A stretch of DNA of 64,000 nucleotides from an uncultured Pseudomonadota bacterium (GTDB taxonomy: Bacteria; Pseudomonadota; Alphaproteobacteria; Rs-D84): the NCBI GenBank assembly GCA_902798205.1, contig CADBVV010000002.1:2056-66055 (forward strand), read 5' to 3'. Position 1 is the first letter of the stretch, and each line of letters starts with the position of its first letter. The position numbers and the translations under genes are program-made. Under the pieces are notes generated by a model. The model had not been told where the DNA came from. It did not search any database and worked only from the letters and a program-made list of their open reading frames with translations. Below are positions 18,692 to 29,156 of the stretch, piece by piece.

Positions 18692-21091
18692 TTATTCATT
18701 GTTTTGAACAACAACAAAATCGGTTTCTTTTCCCAAAATAATTTCATTTGCACGTGCCGCAGATTTAATAAGGCCATGCAAAATTTCTGGTGTATCACTT
18801 GGGATAGTCAAAGTTTCCAATTTTGCACCATTACCGATTTTTCTTTCTGTACGAAGCCCGCGAACATTTTTCAAAATATCTAATGCAATGTTCATTTGTG
18901 ATACATCTGTATCATATTCAGCATTAACAGTTGGATATTGTGTTAAGTGCAATGTTTCGCCACCTTCAAAATCTTTATAGATTTTTTGCCACAATTCTTC
19001 GGTAACAAATGGAATAAACGGTGCATACAAACCAATTATTGCACGCAATACTGTGTACAATGTCCATTGTGCAGATATTTTTGATTCGTTGCTATATTTT
19101 TCAGGTGCCCAGAATCTATCTTTGATAAATTCCAGATATTGATCACAGAATATATCCCAGAAGAATGTGTCAATCGCACTGCGTGCATTAAAGTTATCAT
19201 ATCTATCAAGATTACGACGTGTTTCAGCAATTGCTTTATTCAATTCACTTAATACCCATCTGTCTTCGATAAATCTTTCCGATACTGGTATCTTTTGGGT
19301 TGTCTTTGGATCAAAATCAGTTAAATTCATCAAAACATATTTTGATGCATTCCATAATTTTGTTAACAGTTTGGAACCACGTTTAACTTCATCATCACTG
19401 TAACGCAAAGAAGTTCCAATTGGCGCAGTTGCAATCCAATAACGCAATGCATCAGATCCAAATTTATCAACAGTTGTTAATGGATCCGTACCATTACCCT
19501 TGGTTTTTGACATCTTTTGACCCTTTGAATCCAAAACAAGCCCATGGAAATTAACTGTTTTAAATGGAACATCACCCATTACATACATACCCATCATTAT
19601 CATACGTGCAACCCAGAAAAAGATTATATCTGCACCAGTATATAACAAATCTGTTGGATAATATTTTTTCAATTCTAATGTATCGTCAGGCCAACCCAAT
19701 GTTGAAAATGGCCAAAGTCCAGATGAAAACCATGTATCCAAAACATCTTTATCGCGAGTTAATGTTTTACCACCAGATTGTTTAATGGCTTCTTCTTCTG
19801 TTTCGGCCACATAAACATTTCCTTCTTCATCATACCATGCAGGTATATGATGTCCCCACCACAATTGACGTGAAATTGTCCATGGACGAATGTTTTTCAT
19901 CCATGCCATAAACAAATTATATCTATGATCTGGCAAGAATTTAATTTTTCCTTCTTCCACTGCTTTAATAGCAGGTATTGCTAATTTTTCTGCATCCACA
20001 AACCATTGTGTTGTTAACATTGGTTCAACAGGAACACCGCCACGTTCTGAATATGGGGTTGGAATAATTTTATCTTCGATTTTAACCATCAAACCTGCGG
20101 CTTCCAAATCTTCGATTATTGCTTTACGTGCAACATATCTGTCCATACCACGATATTTTTCTGGAATAACAGATTCATTATTTAATTTCGCATCTTTTGT
20201 TAAAATACAAAGCGGTTCCAGATTATGACGAAGTCCAACTTCATAGTCATCAAAATCGTGTGCAGGTGTAATTTTCACCGCACCTGTTCCTTTTTCAGGG
20301 TCCGCATGTTCATCGGCAACAATTGGAATTTCAATATCTGTTAAAGGAATAATCGCATGCTTTCCAATCAAATGTTTTAACTTTTCGTTTTCTGGATGAA
20401 CCGCAATTGCTTTATCCCCAAACAAAGTTTCAGGTCTGGTTGTTGCAATTTCAACAAAACCACCATCAACCAATGGATAATTAAAGTAATAAAATTTTCC
20501 ATGTTCTTCGCGTGTATCTATTTCCAAATCAGAAACAGATGTTTGTTGTTTTGGGCACCAATTAACAAGTCTTTTTTCACGATAGATTAAACCTTCGTTA
20601 TACATTTTCACAAACAGTTTTGTAACAGCACGCGACAAACCTTCGTCCATGGTAAATCTTTCACGTTTCCAAACAGGTGTCACACCCAAAACATGTAATT
20701 GATTCATTATCTGACCGCCCTTGTCTGCTTTCCAAGTCCATGCGGCATTTAATTTTTCATCCAAAGTCAAAGTATTTGGGTTTATACCACGTTTAGACAA
20801 ATCGCGTTCAACCAATAATTGGGTTGCAATTGACGCATGATCTGTTCCCGGTTGCCATAAAACATCGAATCCATCCATACGTTTATAACGGCACACAATA
20901 TCTGTCAAAACATTATCCAACGCGTGTCCCATGTGCAAATTACCAGTCACATTTGGTGGTGGCATCATCACACAGAAAGACTTTTTATTGCTTTCCACAT
21001 CATTGTCCCAAAAATGATTTTCATCCCAAAATTTTTGAATTTTGGTTTCCAATTCACGTGTGTCTATATTTTTACCCAATTCGATATTCAT
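18692..21091 (-). CDS. valS: Valine--tRNA ligase, short form without a C-terminal coiled-coil extension
   Basis: HIGH motif PPPNVTGNLHMGHA, KMSKS motif KMSKTKGN, and an editing-domain insertion. I prefer the start MNIELGKNID at 21091, which has a GGGG RBS 8 nt upstream. The track ORF extends to 21136. Confidence 0.93.
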   Translation of the reverse strand: MNIELGKNIDTRELETKIQKFWDENHFWDNDVESNKKSFCVMMPPPNVTGNLHMGHALDNVLTDIVCRYKRMDGFDVLWQPGTDHASIATQLLVERDLSKRGINPNTLTLDEKLNAAWTWKADKGGQIMNQLHVLGVTPVWKRERFTMDEGLSRAVTKLFVKMYNEGLIYREKRLVNWCPKQQTSVSDLEIDTREEHGKFYYFNYPLVDGGFVEIATTRPETLFGDKAIAVHPENEKLKHLIGKHAIIPLTDIEIPIVADEHADPEKGTGAVKITPAHDFDDYEVGLRHNLEPLCILTKDAKLNNESVIPEKYRGMDRYVARKAIIEDLEAAGLMVKIEDKIIPTPYSERGGVPVEPMLTTQWFVDAEKLAIPAIKAVEEGKIKFLPDHRYNLFMAWMKNIRPWTISRQLWWGHHIPAWYDEEGNVYVAETEEEAIKQSGGKTLTRDKDVLDTWFSSGLWPFSTLGWPDDTLELKKYYPTDLLYTGADIIFFWVARMIMMGMYVMGDVPFKTVNFHGLVLDSKGQKMSKTKGNGTDPLTTVDKFGSDALRYWIATAPIGTSLRYSDDEVKRGSKLLTKLWNASKYVLMNLTDFDPKTTQKIPVSERFIEDRWVLSELNKAIAETRRNLDRYDNFNARSAIDTFFWDIFCDQYLEFIKDRFWAPEKYSNESKISAQWTLYTVLRAIIGLYAPFIPFVTEELWQKIYKDFEGGETLHLTQYPTVNAEYDTDVSQMNIALDILKNVRGLRTERKIGNGAKLETLTIPSDTPEILHGLIKSAARANEIILGKETDFVVVQNNE

Positions 21092-21222
21092 AATAAACCC
21101 CATTTGTATTCCCTGAATTTTACACAATAAAAACATAAAATCAAATAAATAAACGCCAAAAGGTTCCTAGTGCAAAAACAGTGGCAAAAGCATATTATTT
21201 CCATATAAAACCGGGGGAAAAT

Positions 21223-21585
21223 ATGAATAAAATTATCAAAATGCTTATCAAAGAAACTATTCACAACAATCGCATCAGTCACAAGGCATTAAGTATCGGC
21301 GATAAATATACAATATTTGATAAACAAGGATATGAAATATTAACAGTTATAAATGGTTGGGCCACAAATAATTACAGTATCTTCGTTAACAATAAAAACA
21401 TACTGTCTGTGCAATGGGACCAAAGCAATTCTAAACCATTAACCAGTGATCAAAAAGACATGATTGATATTATAAACGCATGCAAAGAAAAAATAGATCT
21501 GCAAGAAACAGCACAAACAATGAATGGAACAGAATTAGAATTGGCAAATTTTCTGCAACAATCTTTGTGTAATATAAAACATTAA
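21223..21585 (+). CDS. Hypothetical protein
   Basis: 120 aa from an ATG preceded by the GGGGGAAAA RBS. The track ORF begins at a GTG at 21181. No recognisable motifs. Confidence 0.45.
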   Translation: MNKIIKMLIKETIHNNRISHKALSIGDKYTIFDKQGYEILTVINGWATNNYSIFVNNKNILSVQWDQSNSKPLTSDQKDMIDIINACKEKIDLQETAQTMNGTELELANFLQQSLCNIKH

Positions 21586-22304
21586 ATTGCATGCACAACA
21601 CGACAGAACGAAACCGCGTATACGGCGGAAGCACCGGCTTTGCGCAAAACACGATTCATTTCATAAAATGTTGCACCAGATGTCATAACATCATCAACCA
21701 ACAAAATTTTCTTGCCCTGAATATTATCTAATTTTTTAACATTGAAAACACCGCGAACATTTTCACGTCTTTGTTTTGCGTTTTTATGTCCCATATCATT
21801 TCTGTATTTTCGTGCCACACTGTCCACATCCAAAACAGCATTAAAATGTTTAGCAATTGGACGCGCCAATAATGTGGCCTGATTATAACCACGTTTAAAA
21901 AGTCTTTTATATGCCAGTGGCACAGGCATCACAACATCAACATCTAAATTCAAATCACGCAAACAATTTATCATCGAATTTGACATCAAAGTTTGATATT
22001 TTAACGCAGATGCGTGTTTAAACGGCAACATTATATTTTTAGAAACATCATCATATACGCATGCAGACCTTATAAAATCTAAATCACATTCACCAGATGC
22101 ACAATGCGGACAAAGCGGTGTTGGACCCAAATCAAGATCTGCTGGAAAAGGATACCCACATTTAAAACATTTTGGATTTGATATCCAATTAAAACGCGCC
22201 CAACATTTCGCACACAAATTACCATGCACATCGACAAAATCGCTGCATACGGGACAAGTCGGCGGATATATGAATTTTATCAAAGATTGAAATAATTTTA
22301 CCAC
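21582..22304 (-). CDS. comF: ComF-family protein (phosphoribosyltransferase domain with an N-terminal zinc finger)
   Basis: 240 aa. Zinc-finger cysteines CPVCSD...CAKCW...CFKCG...CPHC, and PRTase motif ILLVDDVMTSGAT. Confidence 0.85.
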   Translation of the reverse strand: MVKLFQSLIKFIYPPTCPVCSDFVDVHGNLCAKCWARFNWISNPKCFKCGYPFPADLDLGPTPLCPHCASGECDLDFIRSACVYDDVSKNIMLPFKHASALKYQTLMSNSMINCLRDLNLDVDVVMPVPLAYKRLFKRGYNQATLLARPIAKHFNAVLDVDSVARKYRNDMGHKNAKQRRENVRGVFNVKKLDNIQGKKILLVDDVMTSGATFYEMNRVLRKAGASAVYAVSFCRVVHAI

Positions 22305-23539
22305 GACATACTTTTGTATGTTTTTGTAGATACTGTATCACCAAACATATTACGTCTTTGTTGACGCAAAGATTCAAACATATCACCGGAAATTATACGT
22401 AAAACAAATTCATCACTGTCGCGTTGTGATAACACAGGGATTATACGTTGATCAGCAATTCCAGAATCACGTAAAACCTGTTCTACAATTGCCAAACGTT
22501 TTGCAGCCAATTTGCGACCGTCTTTATCGTGTGTCACAGATTCAGGTATTGCAATTTGAATTGCGCGTTTCGGATTATTTACAACGATAGACGCTGTTTC
22601 TGTTAACAAATTATAATTTTCACGTGATAAACCACTGTCCCCATTAAGGAAAGATATTTTTATTTCCATTGGGCGCACACCACCACCCATTTCGGATAAA
22701 TCACGCGCAGCCGAAAAACCTTCGTTATTAAAAGACATATCACTTACTGCATCAAATTTATCATCAATTTGATATGTGGATAAATGTTTGTTTTCTGATA
22801 AATAAGTCTTTTTAAATGCCTTTTTCAATTCATTTGGCGACATTTTTGTCATATCGTTTTTAACAGATGCCATTTTTGGTTCTGCGATGCTTTTCGCACT
22901 GCGATTTGCAATCTGTTTTTCTGTATCCATAAAAACGATATCACGACGGACAGACACTTCACCTTCTTTTTCAACAGCAGGCTTTGTTATAACGTTTGTC
23001 GCCCCTGCAATTGGTGTACGCACAGATACAGGACGCGCATTTGCAATTTGACTTTCCTGTTGCAATTTTGATAAACGTGCAACTTCTTCGCGTAATTGCT
23101 TTAATTCGCTTAACGCTTCATCTTTTGTTACAAGTTGTGCGACTGGTCTTTGTGCCTGGGCAACACGAACAACATCACCATCCAAAGATTCTTCTGGCAA
23201 AACGGCATCTGATCTTATAACCGCTATTTCATCCATGCGTGGCATGCGAAGTGGGGCATCAGAATTTCGTGCCCACAAATCAGAACTTGGACGATTTGGT
23301 TGTAAAACATCAACCTTTGCCATTTGAACAGGTGCTTTTTTAGCACTGCGTGCAACAACTTTTTTTTCAGATTTCGCAACAGGCGCAACCGCAACTGTGC
23401 GACGCGAAACATTTTCTTCACCAAACGCGGCACGTGCAGACACTTCCCCACGCGACACATCAACCACCGGCAAATACGCACAAAATCCGGCATTTATGCA
23501 CATTAAACACATGATTAAAGATGACGAAAAATATTTCAT
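22298..23539 (-). CDS. Hypothetical exported protein with an Arg-rich N-terminal region, a coiled-coil and a possible degenerate OmpA-C-like C-terminal domain
   Basis: 413 aa with signal-like MKYFSSSLIMCLMCINAGFCA. Arg/Ala/Val-rich stretch SRGEVSARAAF..VSRRTVAVAP..VVARSAKKAP. The C-terminus ..LLTETASIVVNNPKRAIQIAIPES......RKLAAKRLAIVEQVLRDSGIADQRI.. is reminiscent of OmpA/MotB-type domains. Confidence 0.55.
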   Translation of the reverse strand: MKYFSSSLIMCLMCINAGFCAYLPVVDVSRGEVSARAAFGEENVSRRTVAVAPVAKSEKKVVARSAKKAPVQMAKVDVLQPNRPSSDLWARNSDAPLRMPRMDEIAVIRSDAVLPEESLDGDVVRVAQAQRPVAQLVTKDEALSELKQLREEVARLSKLQQESQIANARPVSVRTPIAGATNVITKPAVEKEGEVSVRRDIVFMDTEKQIANRSAKSIAEPKMASVKNDMTKMSPNELKKAFKKTYLSENKHLSTYQIDDKFDAVSDMSFNNEGFSAARDLSEMGGGVRPMEIKISFLNGDSGLSRENYNLLTETASIVVNNPKRAIQIAIPESVTHDKDGRKLAAKRLAIVEQVLRDSGIADQRIIPVLSQRDSDEFVLRIISGDMFESLRQQRRNMFGDTVSTKTYKSMSW

Positions 23540-23590
23540 TCCTTTCCTTCCTTAATCAATCATAGAACAAATTACGAATCGGGGGCAAGT

Positions 23591-23618
23591 AAAAAAATGC
23601 CCAAACGGGCATTTTTTA
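23591..23618 (-). terminator. Rho-independent terminator after murG
   Basis: On the minus strand: aaaaaATGCCCgtttGGGCATttttttt. Confidence 0.65.
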
Positions 23619-24662
23619 TTTTGTAATCGTATCGGCTATTTTTTGAACCGCTAAATTTTCCACATAAGACTTCTTTGCCATCTTGTCCAAACGCGTTGGA
23701 TTATCGAACAAATCGTCCAATGTAGATGTCAACCATTTGGCTGTAAATTTGCTTTGTTCAATATCAAACCCACCACCCAGTTTTGCAAAAGACGCTGCAT
23801 TTGCCGCCTGGTCTGGATTAATATTTAATGGAACCAAGATTGCCGGGCGCCCTATTGTTTCCAATTCAACAACTGTGCTGGCCCCACTGCGCCCAATAAC
23901 CAAATCAGCATCTATAATAGAAGATGCCATATCACGAATAAACGACAAAACATTTGCATGAATTTTATGTGATGCATAAAAACGCTGTAATTTTTCCACA
24001 TTTTCGGGACGCGTTTGATGCGTTATGAATATTTTCTTGTTTTTCATACCCGCAATTGCTACAGGAACAATTTCATCCAATATTTGCGCCCCCAATGATC
24101 CACCTGTAATTAAAATTTTATTTTCGTGTTTTAATGGTGCATTTGCGTTTTTAATAAAATCATCCCTTACTGGCAACCCAGTATAAACAACACGCACATT
24201 TGTTTTGTTTGGAATACCATCAACATATTCAAAACTGGTCATCAAAGTTTTAACCCAGCGCATAGAAAATTTATTTGCGCGACCGATGGCTGCATTTTGT
24301 TCATGTAAATAAGTTGGTATTTTCCATACATGTGCCGCAAACACAGCAGGCACAGAAGCATAACCACCAAAAGCAACCAATCTGTCTGGTCGCAAAAGCG
24401 CAAAACGCAATATCAATGCCAGCGCAGACACACCTATTTTTGCCAACGCTATAATTTGTTTTATTTTTGATTTTGCACCAACGCCTGCAGCCCATATAAA
24501 CGCAACGCGTGCTTTGTCTGGTTTTCCATCTTTAACCATTTTCATAACACGGCCGTCTGTGGAAATTGTTATTTTATGGCCACGTTTTTCCAATTCTTTT
24601 GCCACACTAAGTGCTGGAAAAACATGTCCACCTGTTCCACCTGTTGCAATCCATATTTTCAT
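23616..24662 (-). CDS. murG: Lipid II-forming UDP-GlcNAc transferase MurG
   Basis: N-terminal G-loop MKIWIATGGTGGHVFPALSVA and C-terminal GGSLGA ... RSGASTVVELETIGRPAILVP. The start is taken at Met17 of the track ORF (24662). Confidence 0.93.
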   Translation of the reverse strand: MKIWIATGGTGGHVFPALSVAKELEKRGHKITISTDGRVMKMVKDGKPDKARVAFIWAAGVGAKSKIKQIIALAKIGVSALALILRFALLRPDRLVAFGGYASVPAVFAAHVWKIPTYLHEQNAAIGRANKFSMRWVKTLMTSFEYVDGIPNKTNVRVVYTGLPVRDDFIKNANAPLKHENKILITGGSLGAQILDEIVPVAIAGMKNKKIFITHQTRPENVEKLQRFYASHKIHANVLSFIRDMASSIIDADLVIGRSGASTVVELETIGRPAILVPLNINPDQAANAASFAKLGGGFDIEQSKFTAKWLTSTLDDLFDNPTRLDKMAKKSYVENLAVQKIADTITK

Positions 24663-24681
24663 ATCTTTACCCCCACAATTT

Positions 24682-25845
24682 TTATCTGTTCCATGTGTCT
24701 TCGCGAACAAGTGCCAAGACCATACCGAATATTATACAGAATGTTATAAAAGACCAACCACCATATGATATAAATGGCAAAGTCATTCCTTTATCTATTA
24801 CCAAATGTAACGCGGTCATTAAATTAAAACATATCTGCAAACCAAATAATGCTGCGACACCCGTTACAGCATACACAACAAAATCATCACGTGCATGCAT
24901 TGCGTGTTTTATCAAATTATTTAAAACCCAAAATAATAATATTAACAATGCACACGCACCTATGGCACCCCAATCTTCCGCAATAGAAGAATAAACAAAA
25001 TCATTTGTTGATTCTGGTAAAACATCTTTAACAAACGCTTCATCGCCACTGCCAAACAAACCGCCATGTTTAATAGCATTGACCGAATACCATGCCTGAC
25101 TTTGTGGTTTTATGTAAAAAATATTTCCTATACGTTCCCTGATGTGTGCCAGTTGTGGCAAAAAGCCAATTGCCAGTGCACCCAAAGTTCCCACAACACC
25201 AATTATTCCGGGCAAAAATTTTATTGGAAAGCCCGCAACCAATAACATTATCCCCAGCATACCGATATATAACAGGGCTGTGCCAAAATCTGGTTGTAAA
25301 ACCATAATCAAAATGCATATCGTAAAAACAATTAAATATGGATACCAATTTATTTTTTTTATATTCCATGCTTCTTTGTTCAAAAATATATCACTGCCAT
25401 AGATTTTACGCATTAAAGATAAAAACCATGCGGTTATAATTATAAAAAACGGTTTTAATACATCAGATGGCATAACCATTTGACCAAGCACTCCTATCCA
25501 TCTATGACTGCCGTTCTTTACAATCTGCAACGGATTATGAAACGCTGTTAACAATAGCGCAAAAACACACACAATTAAACCAATGACAGATATTCTTATA
25601 ATCTGTTTTTTGTTCATCATACTGAATCCAAATAAAGCCAGCAACCCGATCAGGTATGGCAAAAATGCCTTTTGTATAAAATAAAACCATGGGTGTCCCA
25701 AACGTGTAGCATCAGCAGCCCCAGCAGTCACCAAAGTAATAATACCTATTGCTATTAACCACAAAACCATACTAAGCAATTTGCGGTCTATTTCAAAATA
25801 CCAATCTGTTAATTTGCTTTCTTCGCCATGCGTGATTCTTATCAT
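24682..25845 (-). CDS. ftsW: SEDS-family peptidoglycan polymerase/flippase FtsW
   Basis: 387 aa and polytopic. SEDS signature ..LPESTNDFVYSSIAEDWG.. and ..TLPFISYGGWS.. It lies between mraY and murG. Confidence 0.9.
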   Translation of the reverse strand: MIRITHGEESKLTDWYFEIDRKLLSMVLWLIAIGIITLVTAGAADATRLGHPWFYFIQKAFLPYLIGLLALFGFSMMNKKQIIRISVIGLIVCVFALLLTAFHNPLQIVKNGSHRWIGVLGQMVMPSDVLKPFFIIITAWFLSLMRKIYGSDIFLNKEAWNIKKINWYPYLIVFTICILIMVLQPDFGTALLYIGMLGIMLLVAGFPIKFLPGIIGVVGTLGALAIGFLPQLAHIRERIGNIFYIKPQSQAWYSVNAIKHGGLFGSGDEAFVKDVLPESTNDFVYSSIAEDWGAIGACALLILLFWVLNNLIKHAMHARDDFVVYAVTGVAALFGLQICFNLMTALHLVIDKGMTLPFISYGGWSFITFCIIFGMVLALVREDTWNR

Positions 25846-25857
25846 TTATGATACCTA

Positions 25858-26961
25858 TTATGCAAATTTTAATAATATTAATGCGAACCCAGAAAATAAA
25901 ATAGATAACACAAAAAATCTGTCCACTATTTTTGTTTCTGCCCATCCCAATTCTTCAAAGTGATGATGTAATGGTGCACGCAAGAATATTCTTTTTCCAG
26001 TGCCTGTAATTTTACGTGTTATTTTAAAGAACATTGTTTGTGTGAAAGAAGATAACAAAATCAGAACCATCATACCGGCTGCAACACCCATAATAATTTC
26101 TGATTTCAACAGCATCGCAACTGTTCCCATAAATCCGCCCAGTGCCAAAGATCCTACATCGCCCATAAATATACTTGCTGGTTTTGCATTAAACCATAAA
26201 AAGCCCAACACAGCACCAAACACCGCACCCAACACACCATAAAGCGCACTGGTTTGTGGCAAGAATATAACAGCATCCATAAAGCCTGTACGTGTCGCAC
26301 CGTATAAAGCAACAACCAAAACTATCAATACCGGCAAATAAAGTTTAGAAAGCATTCCATCCAAACCATCTGTGATATTTGTAGCATTTGCAGAACCACA
26401 TATAACAAAATATGCAAAAACATAATACAAGAAACCAACACCCCATGCCGCCAAAGGAAATTCTATTGTTGAACCCAAAACAATTGATAAATTTGGAACA
26501 TAACCCGGCATCGTTTTATTTATTAAATATGCCAATATACCAACACAGATTGCTTCCAATCCTAAACGCATAGATGGTGACAAACCATTTGATGCTTTTT
26601 TAGATTGGCTGCTTATTTTTTTATAATCGTCCGCAAAACCGATTGCACCAAACATAAGCAAAGAAGATAATGCTATCCATCCTGTCGCATTATGCATTGG
26701 CATAAACAAAAGTGCTGCAGTGAAAATTGAAATCAGAATCAAAATTCCACCCATTGATGGTGTGCCTGCTTTCTTTCTGTGTTCGGCAGGAACATTTTCA
26801 CTGATTGGTTGACCATCACCCTGGATTTTATGCATCAATCTGATAAAACCGCGTCCAAAAACAATCATTATCAAGAACGCCATCCCAAAAGATGCAGCAA
26901 ATTGAGTCCAACCACTTGCGAAAAATTGAAAACCACGACTTATCAAGAAATCCGTCAGCAT
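25858..26961 (-). CDS. mraY: Phospho-N-acetylmuramoyl-pentapeptide transferase MraY
   Basis: 367 aa. Motifs ..GFADDYKKI.., ..NATNITDGLDG.., ..GDVGSLALGG.., ..RAPLHHHFE.. Confidence 0.95.
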   Translation of the reverse strand: MLTDFLISRGFQFFASGWTQFAASFGMAFLIMIVFGRGFIRLMHKIQGDGQPISENVPAEHRKKAGTPSMGGILILISIFTAALLFMPMHNATGWIALSSLLMFGAIGFADDYKKISSQSKKASNGLSPSMRLGLEAICVGILAYLINKTMPGYVPNLSIVLGSTIEFPLAAWGVGFLYYVFAYFVICGSANATNITDGLDGMLSKLYLPVLIVLVVALYGATRTGFMDAVIFLPQTSALYGVLGAVFGAVLGFLWFNAKPASIFMGDVGSLALGGFMGTVAMLLKSEIIMGVAAGMMVLILLSSFTQTMFFKITRKITGTGKRIFLRAPLHHHFEELGWAETKIVDRFFVLSILFSGFALILLKFA

Positions 26962-27031
26962 AAAAATCTCCTTTTTATACTGGTTATTTTATCACAAAAA
27001 AAGACTAAAAAAAACGAATATCTATATATTT

Positions 27032-29080
27032 TTAAAAGATGCCACCAACCACAGCCTGTTCAATTTGTTTTTCGCTGTTTTGTGCTTTATTTGGGGCTTG
27101 GCCTTCTTTGAAAACTTCGTTGATTATCATACCATTTGGATCCTGGGATGCGGCAACGCCATTACTTCTGTTAACACGAACAAAAGTCAACCCATCTGGC
27201 ACAGAAAAAGGTTGGTTGCTTTCATCTTTCAATGCAACCTTCATAAAATCGGCAAATACACGTGCCGCCATATGAGAACCCGCACCCTTGCCCAATGGTT
27301 TTGGTGTATCATAACCCAAATACACACCCGCAATCAAATTTTTAGAAAAACCGATAAACCAAACATCTTTGACCATATTTGTTGTACCTGTTTTACCAGC
27401 AATTGTATGTCCCGCAACACGTGCCTGTTTACCAGTACCACGTTCAACAGCGCCCTGTAATATAGAAACAATTTGATACAAACTTTGTGGATCAGAAAGC
27501 GGTTCTGATTTTTCTTCTTCCATTGGTGGCAACATACCATCTTGCCATTCGATTTGTTTGTGTTTTTGGCCACCCAATAAATTGCCATATCTGTCTTCGA
27601 TATAGTCAACCATTTTTGGTTCAATCGCACGTCCACCATTAACAAAAGCAGAATAACCCAACACTAATTTTTGTAACGTTGTTTCGCCACTGCCCAATGC
27701 CATAGATTCATTAAATTGTGATAAATCTTTTGGATAAACCCCAAATCTTTGCGCGGCTTCAATAGCATCCTGTACACCTATTTGTTCAACCAAACGAACA
27801 GTTGGCACGTTACGGGATGTTTCAAGCGAGAAACGAAGTGGTATATTCCCCAAAAATTTTCTGTCATAATTTTCAGGTTTCCATTCTTTGTTATTTTCGC
27901 GCCACCCAACAATTGGTGCATCCAATATCAAACTTTCTGGACTGTATCCTTTTTCAAGTGCAGCCAGATAAACAAAAGGTTTTATTGTGGAACCAATTTG
28001 ACGATATGCCTGGGTTGCACGATTAAAAGAACTTTCACGGAAAGAACGGCCACCAGTCATTGCAACAATACGTCCAGTATGTGGATTCATCGCAATAATT
28101 GCGCCCTGTAATTTAGGTTCTGTGGCAGATTTGTTTTTGTTAAATTCATCCAATTCTTTTGCCAAAGCCGCCGCTGCTGCCCTTTGCAATTCAGGGTTTA
28201 TTGTTGTTTTTATATAAAGACCTTCGTTATAAAGTGTATCACGACCAATATGTTCCAATAATTTGCGACGAACATCTTCTGCAAAATATTGGAAATCAAC
28301 TTCCATTTGGGCGGTAAAACCTGTATTTATATTCAAAGGTTCCGCCATTGCGGCATCAGCCATTTCTTGTGTTATATATTTATCATCAACCATACGGCGC
28401 AAAACATAATTACGACGTTCAACCGCACGATTTCTGTCGTTTGGGGCCTTTGGCAGGGACGCCAAAAACGCGCATTCTGACAAAGTTAAATCTTTTACAG
28501 GCTTATTAAAATACATTAATGCCGCAGACCCAACACCATATGCGCGCGCGCCCAGGAATATTTCATTTAAATAAAGCGTCATTATATGTTTTTTTGAAAA
28601 ACTGCGTTCCAGACGCAGGGCCAAAATTGCTTCTTTGACCTTTCTGGAAATTGTTCTGTCCGAAGTTAAAAAGAAATTCTTTGCAACCTGTTGCGTTATA
28701 GTTGATGCCCCAGTAAATTTTGTATCAAACCCCAAAAGGCGCATACCGTTATTAAGGCTGGCACGAATAATACCTTGGACATCGATACCAGGGTGTGTCC
28801 AGAAATTTTGGTCTTCAGCCGCAATAAAAGCGTTTATCAATTGTGGTGGCATATCTTCGAAATCAATAAAAACACGTCTTTCTTCGGCGTATTCAATCAG
28901 CAAAGAACCGTCAGACGCATACAAACGCGTTGCAACCGGTGGTGTATATGTCGCCAAATTTTTATAATCTGGCAAATTATGTCCATGAATCAAAACCAAC
29001 ACAGCCAAACCAGCAATACCGGCAACAATGCACCAGAAAACAAAATTGATAAATATGCGAAAATATTTTTTAAATTTCAT
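27032..29080 (-). CDS. mrcA: Class A penicillin-binding protein (PBP1A-type bifunctional transglycosylase/transpeptidase)
   Basis: GT51 motifs EDQNFWTHPGID and GASTITQQVAKN. Transpeptidase motifs STIKPF (SxxK), SRN and KTGTT. N-terminal TM anchor. Confidence 0.92.
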   Translation of the reverse strand: MKFKKYFRIFINFVFWCIVAGIAGLAVLVLIHGHNLPDYKNLATYTPPVATRLYASDGSLLIEYAEERRVFIDFEDMPPQLINAFIAAEDQNFWTHPGIDVQGIIRASLNNGMRLLGFDTKFTGASTITQQVAKNFFLTSDRTISRKVKEAILALRLERSFSKKHIMTLYLNEIFLGARAYGVGSAALMYFNKPVKDLTLSECAFLASLPKAPNDRNRAVERRNYVLRRMVDDKYITQEMADAAMAEPLNINTGFTAQMEVDFQYFAEDVRRKLLEHIGRDTLYNEGLYIKTTINPELQRAAAAALAKELDEFNKNKSATEPKLQGAIIAMNPHTGRIVAMTGGRSFRESSFNRATQAYRQIGSTIKPFVYLAALEKGYSPESLILDAPIVGWRENNKEWKPENYDRKFLGNIPLRFSLETSRNVPTVRLVEQIGVQDAIEAAQRFGVYPKDLSQFNESMALGSGETTLQKLVLGYSAFVNGGRAIEPKMVDYIEDRYGNLLGGQKHKQIEWQDGMLPPMEEEKSEPLSDPQSLYQIVSILQGAVERGTGKQARVAGHTIAGKTGTTNMVKDVWFIGFSKNLIAGVYLGYDTPKPLGKGAGSHMAARVFADFMKVALKDESNQPFSVPDGLTFVRVNRSNGVAASQDPNGMIINEVFKEGQAPNKAQNSEKQIEQAVVGGIF

Positions 29081-29125
29081 AAAAAACATTTTATTCTAAA
29101 TATTCTAACAATGCAAGTTTATGAA

Positions 29126-29156
29126 TAAAAAAAACCGGCAATGCCGGTTGATTTTA
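29126..29156 (-). terminator. Rho-independent terminator after the IMPase-like gene
   Basis: On the minus strand: AACCGGCattGCCGGTTttttttt. Confidence 0.65.
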
